The position numbers were made by a program, and so were the translations under genes. The notes under the pieces are model-generated. The model was not told the DNA's origin and made no database searches. It saw only the letters and a program-made list of their open reading frames with translations. Positions 40,732-55,649 of a DNA stretch of 64,000 nucleotides are shown here, one piece after another. The stretch's first letter is position 1; the number at the start of each line of letters is the position of its first letter. The stretch is from Eledone cirrhosa (lineage: Eukaryota), in the NCBI GenBank assembly GCA_964016885.1, contig OZ024753.1, positions 17,670,001 through 17,734,000 of the forward strand. The letters run 5' to 3'.

Positions 40732-40842
40732 AAGAGGGTGTGGTAAGTTACCAGGTGGAACATAACGCACCAGAGTACTCAATACTTAGGATCTAGCTGT
40801 CGAAACGGCCGGACTTCAGCCATCGGGGTCCTGAGTCTTTTC

Positions 40843-40845
<3 letters not shown>
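40726..40845 (-). mobile_element. cggc/gccg-family PLE tail joined to an inverted HHR 3' half
   Basis: Tail matches 20908-20970, then tagctgtcGAAAcggccggacttcagccaTCggggtc. Confidence 0.6.
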
Positions 40846-40918
<73 letters not shown>

Positions 40919-41480
40919 ATCCACATGCATATCCATGTCTCTACACACATATATTAATGTGCCTTATCTCTCTGACCCAACGTATAACGTGATCTCTTCG
41001 AGGTAGTTTCTATTGATAGTAAAATGTGAAAGGGCGCAGATACATCTCATTATTTCAAAAGACGAATTTCTTTGTAAAAAAAAAACATCTTTAAAATATA
41101 TCAGCACCAATCTAGATGTCGAGGGAGGCGTATCTTTTGTTCTTTGTCTATAGAATAGCGTGCCGCTTCAACTCTAAAATAATGGTTATTTTCCGTTAGC
41201 TGAACTATGGTCAAACGGGAATTGGAATAAGGAATGCAGCTGTTGCTAAGTTATAAATACTATTACCACTGCTACGACCATCGAAGATATTCTTCAATTT
41301 GTTCACAGGAAATATAGAATCATTTGTCCATTCACCTTTAATCTTTGAAAAACGACTCAGGAACAAAAATTGAAATAACAACGGTAGCTATTTATCAAAG
41401 ACCTTATTGTTGATTCCAAGTCGGGTCCACAACATACACACACACGTAAAGACACACGCTCACACAGACAGACACACATG

Positions 41481-41665
41481 TACAGGGGCTGGACAAAATA
41501 AAGAAACATCTTAAAATTTCAAACAAATTTATTTAATATGGGTTAGCACCGCCTTTGGCAGTAATTACAGCTTGAATTCTACGAGGTATGGACTCGTACA
41601 AAGTTTGAATTGTTTCCAAAGGAATTTTTGTCCATTCTTCAGCTAAAACAGTCTCCAGTTCTTAG
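41481..41665. mobile_element. Tc1-like transposon end fragment
   Basis: TA-CAGGGGCTGGACAAAATA terminus followed by Tc1-like subterminal sequence. Confidence 0.5.
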
Positions 41666-41825
41666 TCAAATTCTGACGTGTTTTGGGCTAATTTAAGCTT
41701 CATGCATGTTGGTGTACTATTGTGCATGGCAAAATATATATATGGGTGGCTGAAAGGTCACGTTGAATGATACTGAAATCTATGTCAAATCTACACATGT
41801 CTGGAATATTCAGTCAGCTGTAAGT

Positions 41826-42174
41826 TATGAGGGTTGACTGAAGAGTTCTTAGTCTGACCAAGATACTCTCATGGAATGATCAAAAGATGCTTATTTTCCA
41901 CCATAGTCCCATGAAAAAAAGAATGCAGTTATTAGTAAGAACAGTTGAACTTAATACATGTAAGATTTCGAAGCTCTAGCATCACTCCTTCATAGTCAGC
42001 CTATGAACAAGATACTATTATGGAATTACCAAATGAGGCTTATTTTTCTACTTAGCCCCTAGAAAGAAACAATATAGTTATTAATAAGAAGAGCTGAAAT
42101 TAATTCATTGAAGATTTCACAGCTCTAGAATCACTACTTCATAGTTAACCTATGAACTGTTAAGCTCACCCTCG

Positions 42175-42176
<2 letters not shown>
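41826..42176. mobile_element. mariner-type MITE with internal direct duplication
   Basis: Imperfect TIRs TA-tgagggttgactgaagagttc / gaactgttaagctcaccctcg-TA; two ~150-bp internal repeats. Confidence 0.65.
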
Positions 42177-42240
<64 letters not shown>

Positions 42241-42623
42241 GCTTCAACTGATGTTATATAATCCTATGACCATTGTATTTAATTCGCTGACTTTGACGCT
42301 GAAATTGTAGCAACTGTGATATCATTTTTGTGATTAGTATAGAAAATACGACCTTCCTACCCAAATTATTTAGTATTCAATCATTTAGTGAAATTCATGA
42401 TTTTGCATGTGTGTTGACACGTGATAAGGAAAGCTTAGAACAACAGTTATCTATCACGTTTATTAATACATTGCTTACATCAAGTACTAACGCAATGAAC
42501 TCATTCCCTACACAAGGATCTTTATCGTAAATTAATTAACATGAATACAACAAAGGTGAGATTTACGACCTACATTATCAACATTATTTGCATACTGACT
42601 ATAAAAGTGATAAGAAGAAATGA

Positions 42624-42911
42624 AAATCACAAAACACACTAAACCACAAAACATACACAAAACCACAAAATATACACTAAATCACAAAATATACACAAAA
42701 CCACAAAATATGCACTAAACCACAAAATATACAGTAAAGCATTTGAACTAAAGTATCTTTTATTCTAATACACCAATAGTTATTGGTGTATTAGAATAAA
42801 AGATACTTTAGTTCAAATGGTTCAGTGTATATTTTGTGGTTTAGTGTATATTTTGTGGTTTTGTGTTTATTTTGTGGTTTAGTGTATATTTTGTGGTTTA
42901 GTGTATATTTT
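42624..42911. repeat. Fold-back: 80-bp palindrome (42740-42819) flanked by inverted arrays of a 19-bp repeat
   Basis: aaccacaaaatatacacta units on the left and their reverse complements on the right; core catttgaac..caccaata gt tattggtg..gttcaaatg. Confidence 0.9.
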
Positions 42912-43029
42912 AGATTATAATCACAGCCCACGAAGAAGCAACAAAACTCTCCATACTAAAATATTGCTTTAATGTAAATATCCAACTATCAAACTTCAAG
43001 AAATTTGAAAATATTGAACATGGTTTCTG

Positions 43030-43205
43030 ATTTAGGACCAAGGTCAACGATTTTCGGGAAGTGGAAATTCGATTAAATCAACTCCAGTGCAATATTGGAG
43101 CTTTATTTTATCGATCTTGTAAGGATGAAAGGCAAAACTTACCTCGGCGGGATTTGAACTCTGATTGTAAACGTGCTTAACTCTATGCCATAAAGCGTGT
43201 TTTCC
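43030..43205 (-). mobile_element. tRNA-derived SINE copy
   Basis: Reverse complement of the SINE core and B box. Confidence 0.75.
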
Positions 43206-43419
43206 AACGTTCTCCTGATAATGCCAACCCACTGACCTAAACGTTTGACAAAAGTCATTAAGCCATGACAATTTTCTGTAAACTTATACATTTGAACATG
43301 AAATCATCATCATCCCTGGAAAGTCTGTTGTGGGATATAAGCCTTGTCCAAGCGACGCCATCCTTACATGATCGGCAAAGTATATGTAACAGACATATGA
43401 AATTTACTTCATTAATAGC

Positions 43420-43810
43420 TTGTACTATATCCCGCTGAAAAGGGGTTCTTCCGAAGGGTCTCTGGAGTGAGTTACGCGATAGTGCGTAGATCGGTGATCA
43501 GAAATCATTCCCGGCAGAGCCGATATTTCTTCATGTTGAGAGATCACAGCTATGATACTACTCATATGGTGTTAGAATGTCTGGGGAAAGAATCGTTGGA
43601 CAGATTTTACGGATAAAACTAACGGGCAGGAGACTCAGGGGTAGACCTCGAGCAAGAAGCTTGGATGACATCCATGAGCATGGCTGGACTTGCTTGGTGA
43701 TATAAGTGGATCAGTTGGAGACTGTTGCTTGTGACAGGACCTACTAGAAGGAGTGTTCGAGTGCTCTGTCCCTACAGCCCTCTTAGGAATAAGCGGACAA
43801 AGAATAAGAG
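43420..43810 (+). mobile_element. Decayed RTE LINE 3' end
   Basis: HVERSQL..HMVLEC..GRRLRGRPRARSLDDI..GW motifs with frameshifts. Confidence 0.55.
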
Positions 43811-44329
43811 AATAGATTGTGTTATAACCAGATGTTCACGGATACGGATTAATAATAGTATATTGTAAAGATGATAAAATAAATATTGTATAAAAATCAG
43901 AGAATAGATGTTATACACGATGCATGAAATATGTAATAGTTTTCTAGACCAGCTTTTCTCTACCGGTGTTCCAGAAACCCTAGAGTTCCGGACGTTGTCG
44001 CTAGGGGTTTTATGAGAAACTGATAAATAAGCTAATGCATTTTTGAGTAATTTTTGTTTAATTTTATATCAAATTATTTAGTTACGATAGATGAGGAAAT
44101 ATCAAAGCCGTTAGACCGTCGTATAGAATGCATATGTTGAGGCCCTGACGCTCGCTGAGCTTAAAGCCCACTTTGCATTTCATAATTTCAAAGTCGAAAA
44201 ACAGTACTGGTCTATTACTAGAATCAATCCATCTTTTATGTCTCTTTTTCACTTTCTTTCTCTCACTCTCTCTCTGTTTTTCTGGAAGAAATCGATTGAG
44301 TTCACAGGGAGGGGATGGGTTCCGCCAGT

Positions 44330-47300
44330 CAGTTTTATAGTGCCCAAGACACACCAAATGTCAAGACTCCCTTAGCAGTTACAATTACATACATACACAA
44401 TCAAAAGTATAAACAATTGACATTTTCCATCAACGAAATCTTCCAGAGAAAAATTAAATCATGTATAAACAACTCTCTTGCAGAACGCAAAGAAACGACA
44501 ATACTAAATAAGATAAAACCAAATAATGAAATAGTACGTGCTATTGACGAAATAGGGGATGAATATTTACGACGGATAAAAACCCCAACATTTTGGCAAA
44601 TCAACGCCTGTTTATATGCCTTAGCAACGACATTGAAGCATTATCTTGGTGATAGCAGAGATATTAACAAGAACAAAACATCATCAAAAGTACCATCATA
44701 TATAGCTAAAATAGAAAAAGAGATTGCTGACCTACGAAAAACCATAGGATATGTGACAATGCTCTTTACATGCAAACAAAAACAAAAAAAACCTTCACTC
44801 CTCACCAACAAAGAGTGAAAAATAAAATAGAGACGTTGTTTGAAGACAGACGAAACCAAACATCAATAGAGATATAAAGGGCAAAATAATAAGTGTCACT
44901 GAGGCCCCATCCCAGAAAGACATAGATTACTTCTGGAGAAAAATATGGGGGGGGAAAAGAAGAATTTCAACCAAGATACAGTATGGCTAAAAGAAATCCC
45001 AAAGAACTATTGCTCCTACACTACAACAACAACATACGAAATAAGTGAGGGTACCCTTGAAACTGTGATAGGAAAACTCCAAGATAAGAAAACACCAGGA
45101 AGATACATGATTGTCGGCTACTGGTAAAAAAAAAGCAAACTGATATTCTATCGGATGTATCTTACCTCTACCAAAAGGTTCTCAAGTGAGATACACTTAT
45201 ACCAGAATGGTTGACATTAGCACAAACAATACTGGTCCCCGAGAACAAATATACCCACTTGGCACCATACTACCGACCCATTGCATACCAGAACCTGATG
45301 TATAAGATGTATACATCCTGCCTGGACCTATTCCTCCAAGATCACTGTGAAAATAATAACATCATCACAGATGAACAAGTAACTGGAGAGAAAAGGGTTG
45401 TGCTGAACAACTCCTAATCAACAAAACTGCGATGTCGGAGGTGCCAAATCTTAGGAGGAATATGGCCACAGTCTGGCTGGACTACAGGAACGCATTTGAT
45501 TATGTCCCCCATTCTTGGATGATAGGGGCCCTCCGACTCGCTAAAGTCCCAGACACGATTATCAAAGCCATAGAGAAGCTGTCTTCTTCTTGGGCTACTA
45601 TCCTAAATTTAAAGACAGAGAAGGAGGACTCTATTTTTATTGATAATATAGAATATCACAGGGGTATATTCCAAAGAGACATTCTGTGTGTGCAATATTT
45701 ATCCTGTCATTAAACCCCTTGTCATTTCTGCTTAAGAAATCTGAAGGATGCATCATTGTCAAGAACAGAAATACGAATTTAAACCATAATTTCTTTGTAG
45801 ATGACCTGAAACTCTATGCCAAGAGCATAGATGGGATTGTTACAACATTCTCAAAGGATATAGGAATGGAGTTTGACCAAGATAAATGTTCATATCTGAT
45901 TATAAAGCCGGGGAAAACTACAACCTTGTCTAGCAACATTTTTACCAATGGCCTAACTGTTTCACTGATATCTGACAAGGACTGCTACAGATACCTGGTG
46001 ATAGATAACATATCCTATAATGGTATTTGCAATAAGGAACCCGTAACCAGGGAATATTACACCCGATTAAGAAAAGTATAGTTATCGGAACTCTCTGCGC
46101 ACAATAAAACAGTGGCTTACAATATGTTTGCTGTGCCTGTCCTAACACCAACGTTTGGAATACTGAATTGGACGATAGACGAAATCCGAGCAATTGATGT
46201 TAAAATTCGAAACATTCTAAACAACACCGGACACTTCCACGTCAACAGGAACATAGACCGCCTCTACTTGAAACATAAACAGGGAGGCAGAGGCCTAACA
46301 TCAGTCAAGACAGCATTTGAATACCGCATCATATCCCCCCCCCGACAACATCTACGAACCTCGAAGCGTAGGAGCCCGTCTCTTGAGCAAGTCTATCTGC
46401 ATGAAACGGATAATATCATAAGAGTTGGGAAGGAACTCCTTGAAAGATATTCCCTGCATGATAATCAAAAGCTCGCACCGAGGGAGGTTGTCCAGCAGTA
46501 TAGCAGTGTATCCATGGATGAAAAACTGCATGCTTATCAGTAAAATATCATGCATGGATATGTTGCCAGGAAGCTCCAGAGCGAGAGTAATATAGATAAG
46601 CAAAGTGGTCTATCTTGGACCAACAACCGCCACATTGGCTCCCACTTTGAAGGATACGCTTTTGCAATCCAAGAACAGGAAATCATCACGAAATACCTGA
46701 TTCACAAAAGAGACAGGGAAACAGGCAAAACACCTAGATGTGACAAGTGCAGACTCTGCAGAATTAACATCGAAGATGTCAACCACGTCATCAGCAGCTG
46801 TCCGAAGATGTCAAAGCGGTACTTTCTACCAAGGAGGCATGATGTAGTGGCCAAATCCGTAGAAAAGATAGCCCTGATACATATTGAAAGCTACAGCAAT
46901 GCGGAAGACATACATATACATAATATGAAAGAGTACGGGTGGAATGTTCCAGTAAAATCCCCAATAAAATACAGACATAACAGACCAGATATAATGATAT
47001 GGGATAGGGAAAAGAAGGCATGCACAGTAGTGGAAGTTAGCTGCCCAGTAATATTAGCTGCCAATGTAATATTAAAGATTAGCGAAAAAGAGAATATATA
47101 TGCAGAACTAATGAGTAATATACAGATACTCCACCCTGATTAAACCTTCAGATTTATGCCTGTAATTATTGGGGCACTCAATACAAATCTTAAGCTGGTC
47201 TTCACAGAAACAGAAAGAACACAACTAGTTAGGAAATTACAAGTACAATCCATTAATGGAACAGTGAACATATGTAAAACATTCCAAAAATTTTGCATCT
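44330..47300 (+). mobile_element. Decayed R4/Dong-clade (RLE) non-LTR retrotransposon
   Basis: YRPIAYQN, WLDYRNAFDYVPHSW, RGIFQ.D, LNHNFFVDDLKLYA, RLYL....GGRGL, CCHC CRLC....E.V.H.IS.C, RHD, RPDI..WD....C.VVEVSCP; many frameshifts. Confidence 0.88.
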
Positions 47301-48380
47301 AATAACTGCATATACACTTGCACACATTCACACCATTTGCACATGTACACATATAACTCAAAACATCCACATCCACACATACAATAACATCCATACCTGC
47401 ACACACAAGCATGCAGACATGCATACATAATCTACCTAGTTGATGTTGTGTAAATTGCAATGACAGTCTTGTGTCTATGTTAGAAACCGACTCTCTTTAT
47501 ATTGGCAAATATTTGTGAAATTATAAAACCAGAACAACATAAATATATACATAAACACATATACACATATGTATACACATATACATACATATATACATAC
47601 ATACATACACTATCTATTTACAGCTCAATATTCTAAACGTAGTTGAACTTAGAATCTAAGATGAAAGATTATGTTTAAAATAGAAGACCAGAGGAGAAAT
47701 CAGTACATTCCTATCATGCTTCCACTTCGGTGAGGAGACAGTGTTCTTTTCTACTGTATATATCTCGTGATAAATACAATTTGATTAAAAGATGACACTG
47801 TTAGAATTATATTTTTCCTTCCGGTATTATATATACATCGATATTTAATAAATGTGTTTATTTAAAGATATGTGCACCATGAAACTTTAATTGAAAAACG
47901 TAAACATTCAGAAATCTGTGTTGATTTATTCCAGTGAAAAGAAATTGTGATTCATTTATTTTGTTCATATATTCTCAGTTTAAATTATAATTGGGATTTC
48001 TCATTTATCACTATATAAGCGCCGTTTGTTGAACTATATATTGAATTATATATGACCTTTAGAGATAAGAAACAAACGGATCTTCACTTGATACCATTGT
48101 AATCGAATGTTTAGCAAAAAAAATTATGTTTGAGAGGTAAAGAAAGAATTAGTAAGATGTATTTTCACTCTCTCGAATTATCTACTTCAATTCAAAGTGT
48201 GGCTGAGTAGATAGCTATGGTGGTTCTGACAGTATTAGAGAGTTAAAACTATTTAATATGTCGACAGTCATTTGTCAATTAATGTGCCCATAATCGTTAG
48301 ATATGTTTTGTTGGTAAGAATTACATATTTATTAGGGACATGTTTTCAGATCATGTTTTAGTAACTTAAATAAGATTAAT

Positions 48381-49070
48381 ATTGGCAAGACCCTGTTATA
48401 TATATATATTGAATATAGATTATATCTGAACATGGCAAGACCCTGTTATATATATATTGAATATAGATTATATATGTACCTGGCAAGACTCTGTTATATA
48501 TATATTGAATATAGATTATATCTGTACCTGGCAAGACCCTGTTAGATATATATTGAATATAAATTAAATCTGTACCTGGCAAGACCCTGTTATATATATA
48601 TATATTGATTTCTTTATTATATCTGTACCTGGCAAGACTCTGTTATATATATATTGAATATAGATTATATCTGAACATGGCAGGACCCTGTTATATATAT
48701 ATTGAATATAGATTATATCTGTACCTGGCAAGACCCTGTTATATATATATTGAATATAGATTATATCTGAACATGGCAAGACTCTGTTATATATATATTG
48801 AATATAGATTATATCTGAACATGGCAGGACCCTGTTATATATATATTGAATATAGATTATATCTGAACATGGCAAGAGCCTGTTATATATATATTGAATA
48901 TAGATTATATCTGAACATGGCAAGACCCTGTTATATATATATTGAATATAAATTATATCGGTATCTGTCAAGACCTTGATGTACGTACCTTTAATATAGA
49001 TTATATCTTTACCTGGAAAGACCCTAATATATATATTCTTAATATTGTATATACCTGTATCTGACAACAC
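48381..49070. repeat. 48-bp minisatellite (~13-14 units)
   Basis: Unit tggcaagaccctgttatatatatattgaatatagattatatctg(aaca/tacc). Confidence 0.95.
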
Positions 49071-50689
49071 GCTGTTATTTCTATCTTTAATATTATTTAT
49101 ATCTTTACCTTTTTAAATTTTTACTGATATTGTTTTACTGAAGTGTTTTGCACCTTCTTTGGTGTTTTGCCATACTTTTGATTTCTTTACATTGTTGTCT
49201 GTTGAATATTTCTACTTCATAAATATGCATCAAGTGTAACCAACGTTTCATCTGGCGAAACTTCTCCGTCATAATAAACGTCATATTTTTAGGTGTAGTC
49301 TATATTGCAGCTTTGAAAATTTGCCATCTATTCCTCATCTAGAACAATCTCTTTGATCTGGTTTCTGTTATTTATTTTCGTTTGCTCTGAGTTTAGGCTA
49401 TAATTGTTTAAAACAATTCAATATTACTGTGTTTATACGGTTTTTATCCTTGTCAAGCGTTATTTGCAACGTGCTCGTGCCAAGTAGAATTATCACTTTA
49501 AATATGATCTCAATTCCAGCCCACTTTAATAATATTCTAGCCCTCTTTAACAAACTCCATCTGAAATATCTCACCAAGAGAATGCCAGTATATTTTACCA
49601 GAAGGTTATGGTTGACCATGCATTTATGAACTGGCCTCCTGTCTAGGGATAGTCTTGTATTTGCAGTAGCTTAACGCCACGGGTACCAGGATAAGCATCG
49701 CTCAGATGAGCTTCCTGGCTCGAGACAGACTTTTGAATTAGACATAAAGTCACCGTCTTTTGTAATGGATACAGTCAATTAAATACTTTAACGACTATTA
49801 TTTAATCGATCTTGTGATTAGATCACTACATACTTCATTGTAATTTGTTCGAGATCTATCGATTCTCCCAATCCCAACACCATAGCTGTTTAGACAGTTT
49901 ACAGTCAGGTTTTCTGTTTCCGCTGAGACTTCTGTGTTTAGTCCAGCTACTTTATTGATGATTGAGAAGGTACCCACTGATTCGAATAAACATAAACTAC
50001 AGCTATGTTAATTGCGTATTACTGTTACTATACTTGGAACAGAGGGTGATGAAATGTCCTTTATTCCTGCAATAGAATTATCTTCACATTCTCTCGCTTC
50101 CATCAGTAAGTCCAACATGTATTTCCATTATTTTTATGGAGATTACCCACCATTTTAAAATTCCTTTCCAAGAATATCTGCAAAAAGATTCTCTGATCTC
50201 GAGCTACGAACTCAATCGAGTAACAATACTCCAAAGAAACTTCGGACGGAACCCTATTTCGGCCGCTTGTATTCGCGATCGTATTCTTTCGGTCATTATC
50301 TAAGACTAACAGAAAAACCACCCTCGGGTGGTTTTCTGCTAGCATGTGTAGAGTGTATATTGATATTATACGCAAGTATATATGCATGCAGATATGATCA
50401 AATAAAATCGTAATTGACAATATACACAGAAATTGTACGAAGACTGTGTTACACTGTCTTATGTAATCAGTAACGTAATCCATTATGCATTAAATAAAGA
50501 CAATATTATATATAAACTGCATTAGGAGAAAATTAGTGACAGAAATGCATGTTTATTTAAACGATCGCTAACCGGAAGTGTTGCCATTTGAACATTTTAA
50601 AGAAGTGAATCTTTAAATAAGTAATAAAATATATTTAATGAACAGCCACGAAATTTATTAGGTAAATTATGTAATATTCATTCATTATT

Positions 50690-50997
50690 TATCGCCCAGG
50701 TTGACTTTGCCTTTCATCCTTACGGGGTCGATAAAATAAAGTACCAGTAATGCACTGGGTAATTGCTGGCCTTGTGCCAAACGTAGAAACAATTATTTAT
50801 TCAAAGGGCGGTGAATTGGCAGTATCGGTAGACGGTTGGACGCCATAGTTTCTAGCATAGTTCTGTCCCTTTACGGTCTGAGTTCCAATCCCGTCGAGGT
50901 TAACTTTGCCTTTCATCCTTACGGGGGGTCGATAAAATAAGGTACCAGTAATGTACTAAGTAATTGCTGGCCTTGTGCCAAAAGTAGAAACAATTAT
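50690..50997 (+). mobile_element. Two tandem tRNA-derived SINE copies
   Basis: Partial + full copy with A/B boxes, core and tail. Confidence 0.85.
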
Positions 50998-52387
50998 AGA
51001 TTCAAAGTAATCCAACTTATTTTACTAAGGGGATAACAAAAATTATAAACCGTACGCAGTCCCGCGCTTCTTACTTTATTATAGTTTAGATTCATGACAA
51101 GCATTGATGACGGACATGAGGCTTGAATGTCTCAGGAGAAAATCACTGGACACATTTTACGGGCAAAACCAACCGGCAGGAAAACCAAGAGTAGACCCCG
51201 ATTGGAAGGCTGTTAAATGTTTTTCACAAACGTCCTGTATACAACACATAGATGTGTATAACGCTGTGTTGGAGCACCTATACTAAATATATAAACATAT
51301 AAGGAGGGGGATGGGATGAGGAGGGGGTTAAGAGTAAGAAGTAGAAGAGAGAAAGAAATAAGAAAAATAAATAAATAAATAAAGAAGAAAAAGAACAATA
51401 ACAGCTGCATGGGAGCCAGCTCAACAAGAACTTTAATGAAGTCTAGGACAAATCAAGTCTAGATATCTACAAGTAATATCTCAGTATTTTACTTCTATAA
51501 AAACTGCTGTATTAACCACCCGGATGCACGAATCGAACAAATTCTTTCTTTTCCTTTTCGTCAAACCCTCCGCCATTAAATGTATTTCTAAACTTTACAA
51601 TTCAATAGCTCTTCCACAGCCAAAATCAAATTTTCCTGATGTCTTGTTTTGTGAAATCTTTTAAAAGTCATAATTTTTCCCTCCCATTGCCTAATATTTC
51701 GTTAGGTAATTGTATTCCTTTGTCTCGGCTGATGTATCTACAAACATCTTTATTCAGTCACTCCACTTATATACAGAAACAGAAAGCAATATGTCCTCTA
51801 AATGTATTTATTTCTCTACCTCTTTGCTGTTTACATTGTATTTCTCTCATTTTGTTTTTCAGTTCTAGTTGACAATATTATAGTTGTCAGTCTTTATGTT
51901 GTTGCAGTTATTTCACGTTTACTAGAACGTTTTTAGAATTCTCATTGAGATTGTCCATGTCAATATCTGAATTAACAATATTAAATATAACTCTGTTGTT
52001 GTTGTTGTTGTAACTGCTGTTGCTATTTTCGTTAACGTTATAAAATGTTAAAATCTTATTTGTTTATCTATGGTGAAAAACTTCGGTATATCTATATTAT
52101 TATTTCATTTCATTTTATTTTATTTTATCTTGTAATTTTGTTTTGTAAATTTTCTTCAACCGTTATTAATGTAGATACATAGAAAATAAAATTTGCAGGA
52201 AGAAATATAATAAAAATGGCCTCTCTTCAATAAGGCTGATATATAGCAATTTATATTTTTCTGTTCTCTTCAAAACAGAGACAGAAAATATCTAACTTGC
52301 ATTTGTAAAAATAATACAGAAAACAAACAATTAAAGAAAAAACAAAGTGAGACAGAAAACAAAAGAAAATCAACTGGAAATGTTCTT

Positions 52388-53615
52388 AGTAGTAGTAGTA
52401 GTAGTAGTAATAGTAGCGTCAATACCACAATCACCACCTCTAACATCACCACTACTACTACTACAACTACTAGTAGTAGTACCACCACCAATACCACAAT
52501 CACCACCACCACCCATCAACACTACTACTACTACAACTACTAGTAGTAGTACCACCAATACCACAATCAACACTTCTAACCTCACCACCACCACCAACAC
52601 TACTACTACTACAACTACTAGTAGTAGTACCACCAATACCACAATCAACACATCTAACCTCACCACCACCCACCAACACTACTACTACTACAACTACTAG
52701 TAGTAGTACCACCAATACCACAATCAAAACCTCTAACCTCACCACCACCACCAACACTACTACTACTACAACTACTACTAGTAGTAGTACCACCAATACC
52801 ACAGTCAAAACCTCTAACCTCACCACCACCACCAACACTACTACTACTACAACTACTACTAGTAGTAGTACCACCAATACCACAATCAACACCTCTAACC
52901 TCACCACCACCACCACCACCCACCAACACTACTACTACTACAACTACTAGTAGTAGTACCACCAATACCACAATCAACACTTCTAACCTCACCACCACCA
53001 CCAACACTACTACTACTACTACTACTACTAGTAGTAGTACCACCAATACCACAATCAACACCTCTAACCTCACCACCACCACCACCACCCACCAACACTA
53101 CTACTACTACAACTACTAGTAGTAGTACCACCAATACCACAATCAACACCTCTAACCTCACCACCACCACCACCCACCAACACTACTACTACTACAACTA
53201 CTAGTAGTAGTACCACCAATACCACAATCAACACTTCTAACCTCACCACCACCACCAACACTACTACTACTACTACTACTAGTAGTAGTACCACCAATAC
53301 CACAATCAACACCTCTAACCTCACCACCACCACCACCACCACCATCAACACTACTACTACTACAACTACTACTAGTAGTAGTACCACCAATACCACAATC
53401 AACACCTCTAACATCACCACCACCACCACCACCACCATCAACACTACTACTACTACTACTACAACTACTAGTAGTAGTACCATCAATACCACAATCAACA
53501 CCTCTAACATCACCACCACCACCACCACCATCAACACTACTACTACTAAAACTACTAGTAGTAGTACCATCAATACCACAATCAACACCTCTAACATCAC
53601 CACCACCACCACCAA

Positions 53616-53653
<38 letters not shown>

Positions 53654-53984
53654 GTAGTACCACCAATACCACAGTCAACACATCTAACATCACCACCACC
53701 ACCACCACCATCAACACTACTACTACAATACTAGTAGTAGTACCATCAATACCACAATCAACACCTAACCTCACCACCACCACCATCAACGCTACTACTA
53801 CATCTACTAGTAGTAGTAGTAGTACCACCAATACCACAATCAACACCTCTAACCTCACCACCACCACCACCACAATCAACACCTCTAACATCACCACCAC
53901 CACCACCACCACCATCAACACTACTACTATTACTACTACCAGTACCACCAAACCCTCAATCACCAATACTAATATCCTCACCTT

Positions 53985-54056
<72 letters not shown>

Positions 54057-54058
54057 CA
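52388..54058. repeat. CTA/GTA/CCA-based ~60-bp minisatellite
   Basis: Unit ccaacactactactactacaactactagtagtagtaccaccaataccacaatcaacacctctaacctcacca; non-triplet length variants occur. Confidence 0.95.
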
Positions 54059-54652
54059 AGCTGTCTATGGTCATCCATTCGAGCTCGATAAAAAGTACCT
54101 GTCTAATACTGGGGTCGATTCTTCCTTTATATCTTGTTCTCAATCATCTCTCCCTGTCACTCTGTATCCTGCTCTAGAAGAAATCTTCTGTGTTCAGCCA
54201 TGGAGAGGGGATGGACTACGCCATGTTTAAAATGTCCAAGAAACGTTGTATTTCACTACGGCGTCCCTATGAACCCATTAGGAGCCACGTGATCACACTA
54301 TACCATATGTATTGAATACTTTCTCTCTTGATCATCTCTACTAACACAAGGAAAGAAAGAATACAGATATTAAAGAAAAGTGAAAGAGAGAGAATCGATG
54401 ATGGAATCAGATACCATACCGTGTGTCTTGTATATTTTGTGTTGTTATTTGTTTGTGTGATGTTACCTTTTAGATTAATATTTGTCTGTTGTTATGTGTG
54501 GTTCACGAATATTTTGTTGTTTGTAATCTTTACCTTGTTTCGGATGGTGGGCGTTTCTGTGCTCTGTTAACTGTCGGTGGTCGTGTTGTGTGTACTGTTG
54601 TTTTTTGGAAGTGAGAATTGTATAATGTTTGTTTCTGTTGAGGTATATGTCA

Positions 54653-55092
54653 ACATCATCATCCGGCGGCCTCAGCCGAAATGGACTCAACAATTGATCT
54701 CCACGTGGGTCTGTCGTTCATTGCTGTTGCCAAGTCCTGGATTACAATACCAGAATCTCTGGAGATGACATCGGGATAGGAGAGCTTGCACCCCTTGTTA
54801 TTAGTGACTGCTTGTGGTTTCCAAAGTACTAATGGGGACACAGCCTCATAGGTGGTACGATGACAGTGGCCAGCAAATCGGGATAGGAGAGCTTGTGCCC
54901 CCTGTTATTAGTGACTGCTTGTGGTTTCCAAAGTACTAATGGGGACACAGCCTCATAGGTGGCACGATGGCAGTGGGAGCAAATTGGGATAGGAGAGCTT
55001 GTGCCCCCTGTTATTAGTGACTGCTTGTGGTTTCCAAAGTACTAATGGGGACACAGCCTCATAGGTGGCACGATGGCAATGGCCAGCAAATC
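54653..55092 (-). mobile_element. RTE-X LINE 3' end with its 5'-most ~107 bp triplicated
   Basis: Minus strand RFAGHCHRATYEAVSPLVLWKPQ..KLSYP x3, then DVISRDSG..DRPTWRSIV..(GAT)n tail. Confidence 0.75.
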
Positions 55093-55649
55093 TTACTCTC
55101 CTTTTACGGACAACGACAGATATGCGTGAGAGGCCGGCATATATCTCTCTCTCAAAGTCAGAGGTACATGTAGTGATAGTGGTATCTGTGGTGGTGGTTG
55201 TAGTGGGGGTAGTAGCGATGATTGTGTTAGTGGTGTGTCGGCCATTATGGGGGGAATTTTCTTTTCCTTTCGTTTTCTCACTCGTTTCTTATTCCTTTGT
55301 ATTTTCCTGTTTTGTTTTTGTAATTACATTTGTTTACTTAAGTGTACATTTTTTCTAACATATTATTTTCTTACTGTTGAACATTCTCGTCTTCTGTTCC
55401 AACCACTTTTGATTGCTCCAAGTGATGAAGCTATATTGTAAACGAGAGATGAGAAAATAAAATATGTCAATATGTCTCCTTAAGAAATAATATATATATA
55501 TATTTCCACCACAAGATTAGATAAAAACTCAAGATACACAATGCCCAATAAAAACTACAACAATGATAATAATAGTATATCCAAAGCAGCAGCAGCTAAA
55601 ACAACAACAATACTGATTTCTGATTTAGACACTAGGCCAACAACAACAA

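Noticed and set aside
43945-44010. hAT/Charlie-like terminus
   Set aside because: Only one degenerate end; no partner TIR or TSD found.
52388-54058. Mucin-like Thr/Ser-rich exon
   Set aside because: Repeat units include non-triplet indels that shift frame repeatedly; no splice or domain support. The same applies to 16760-17690 and 31787-32870.
55383-55456. Possible hammerhead (gtgatgaagc..gtaaacgag)
   Set aside because: Both core boxes deviate and the stems are unconvincing.
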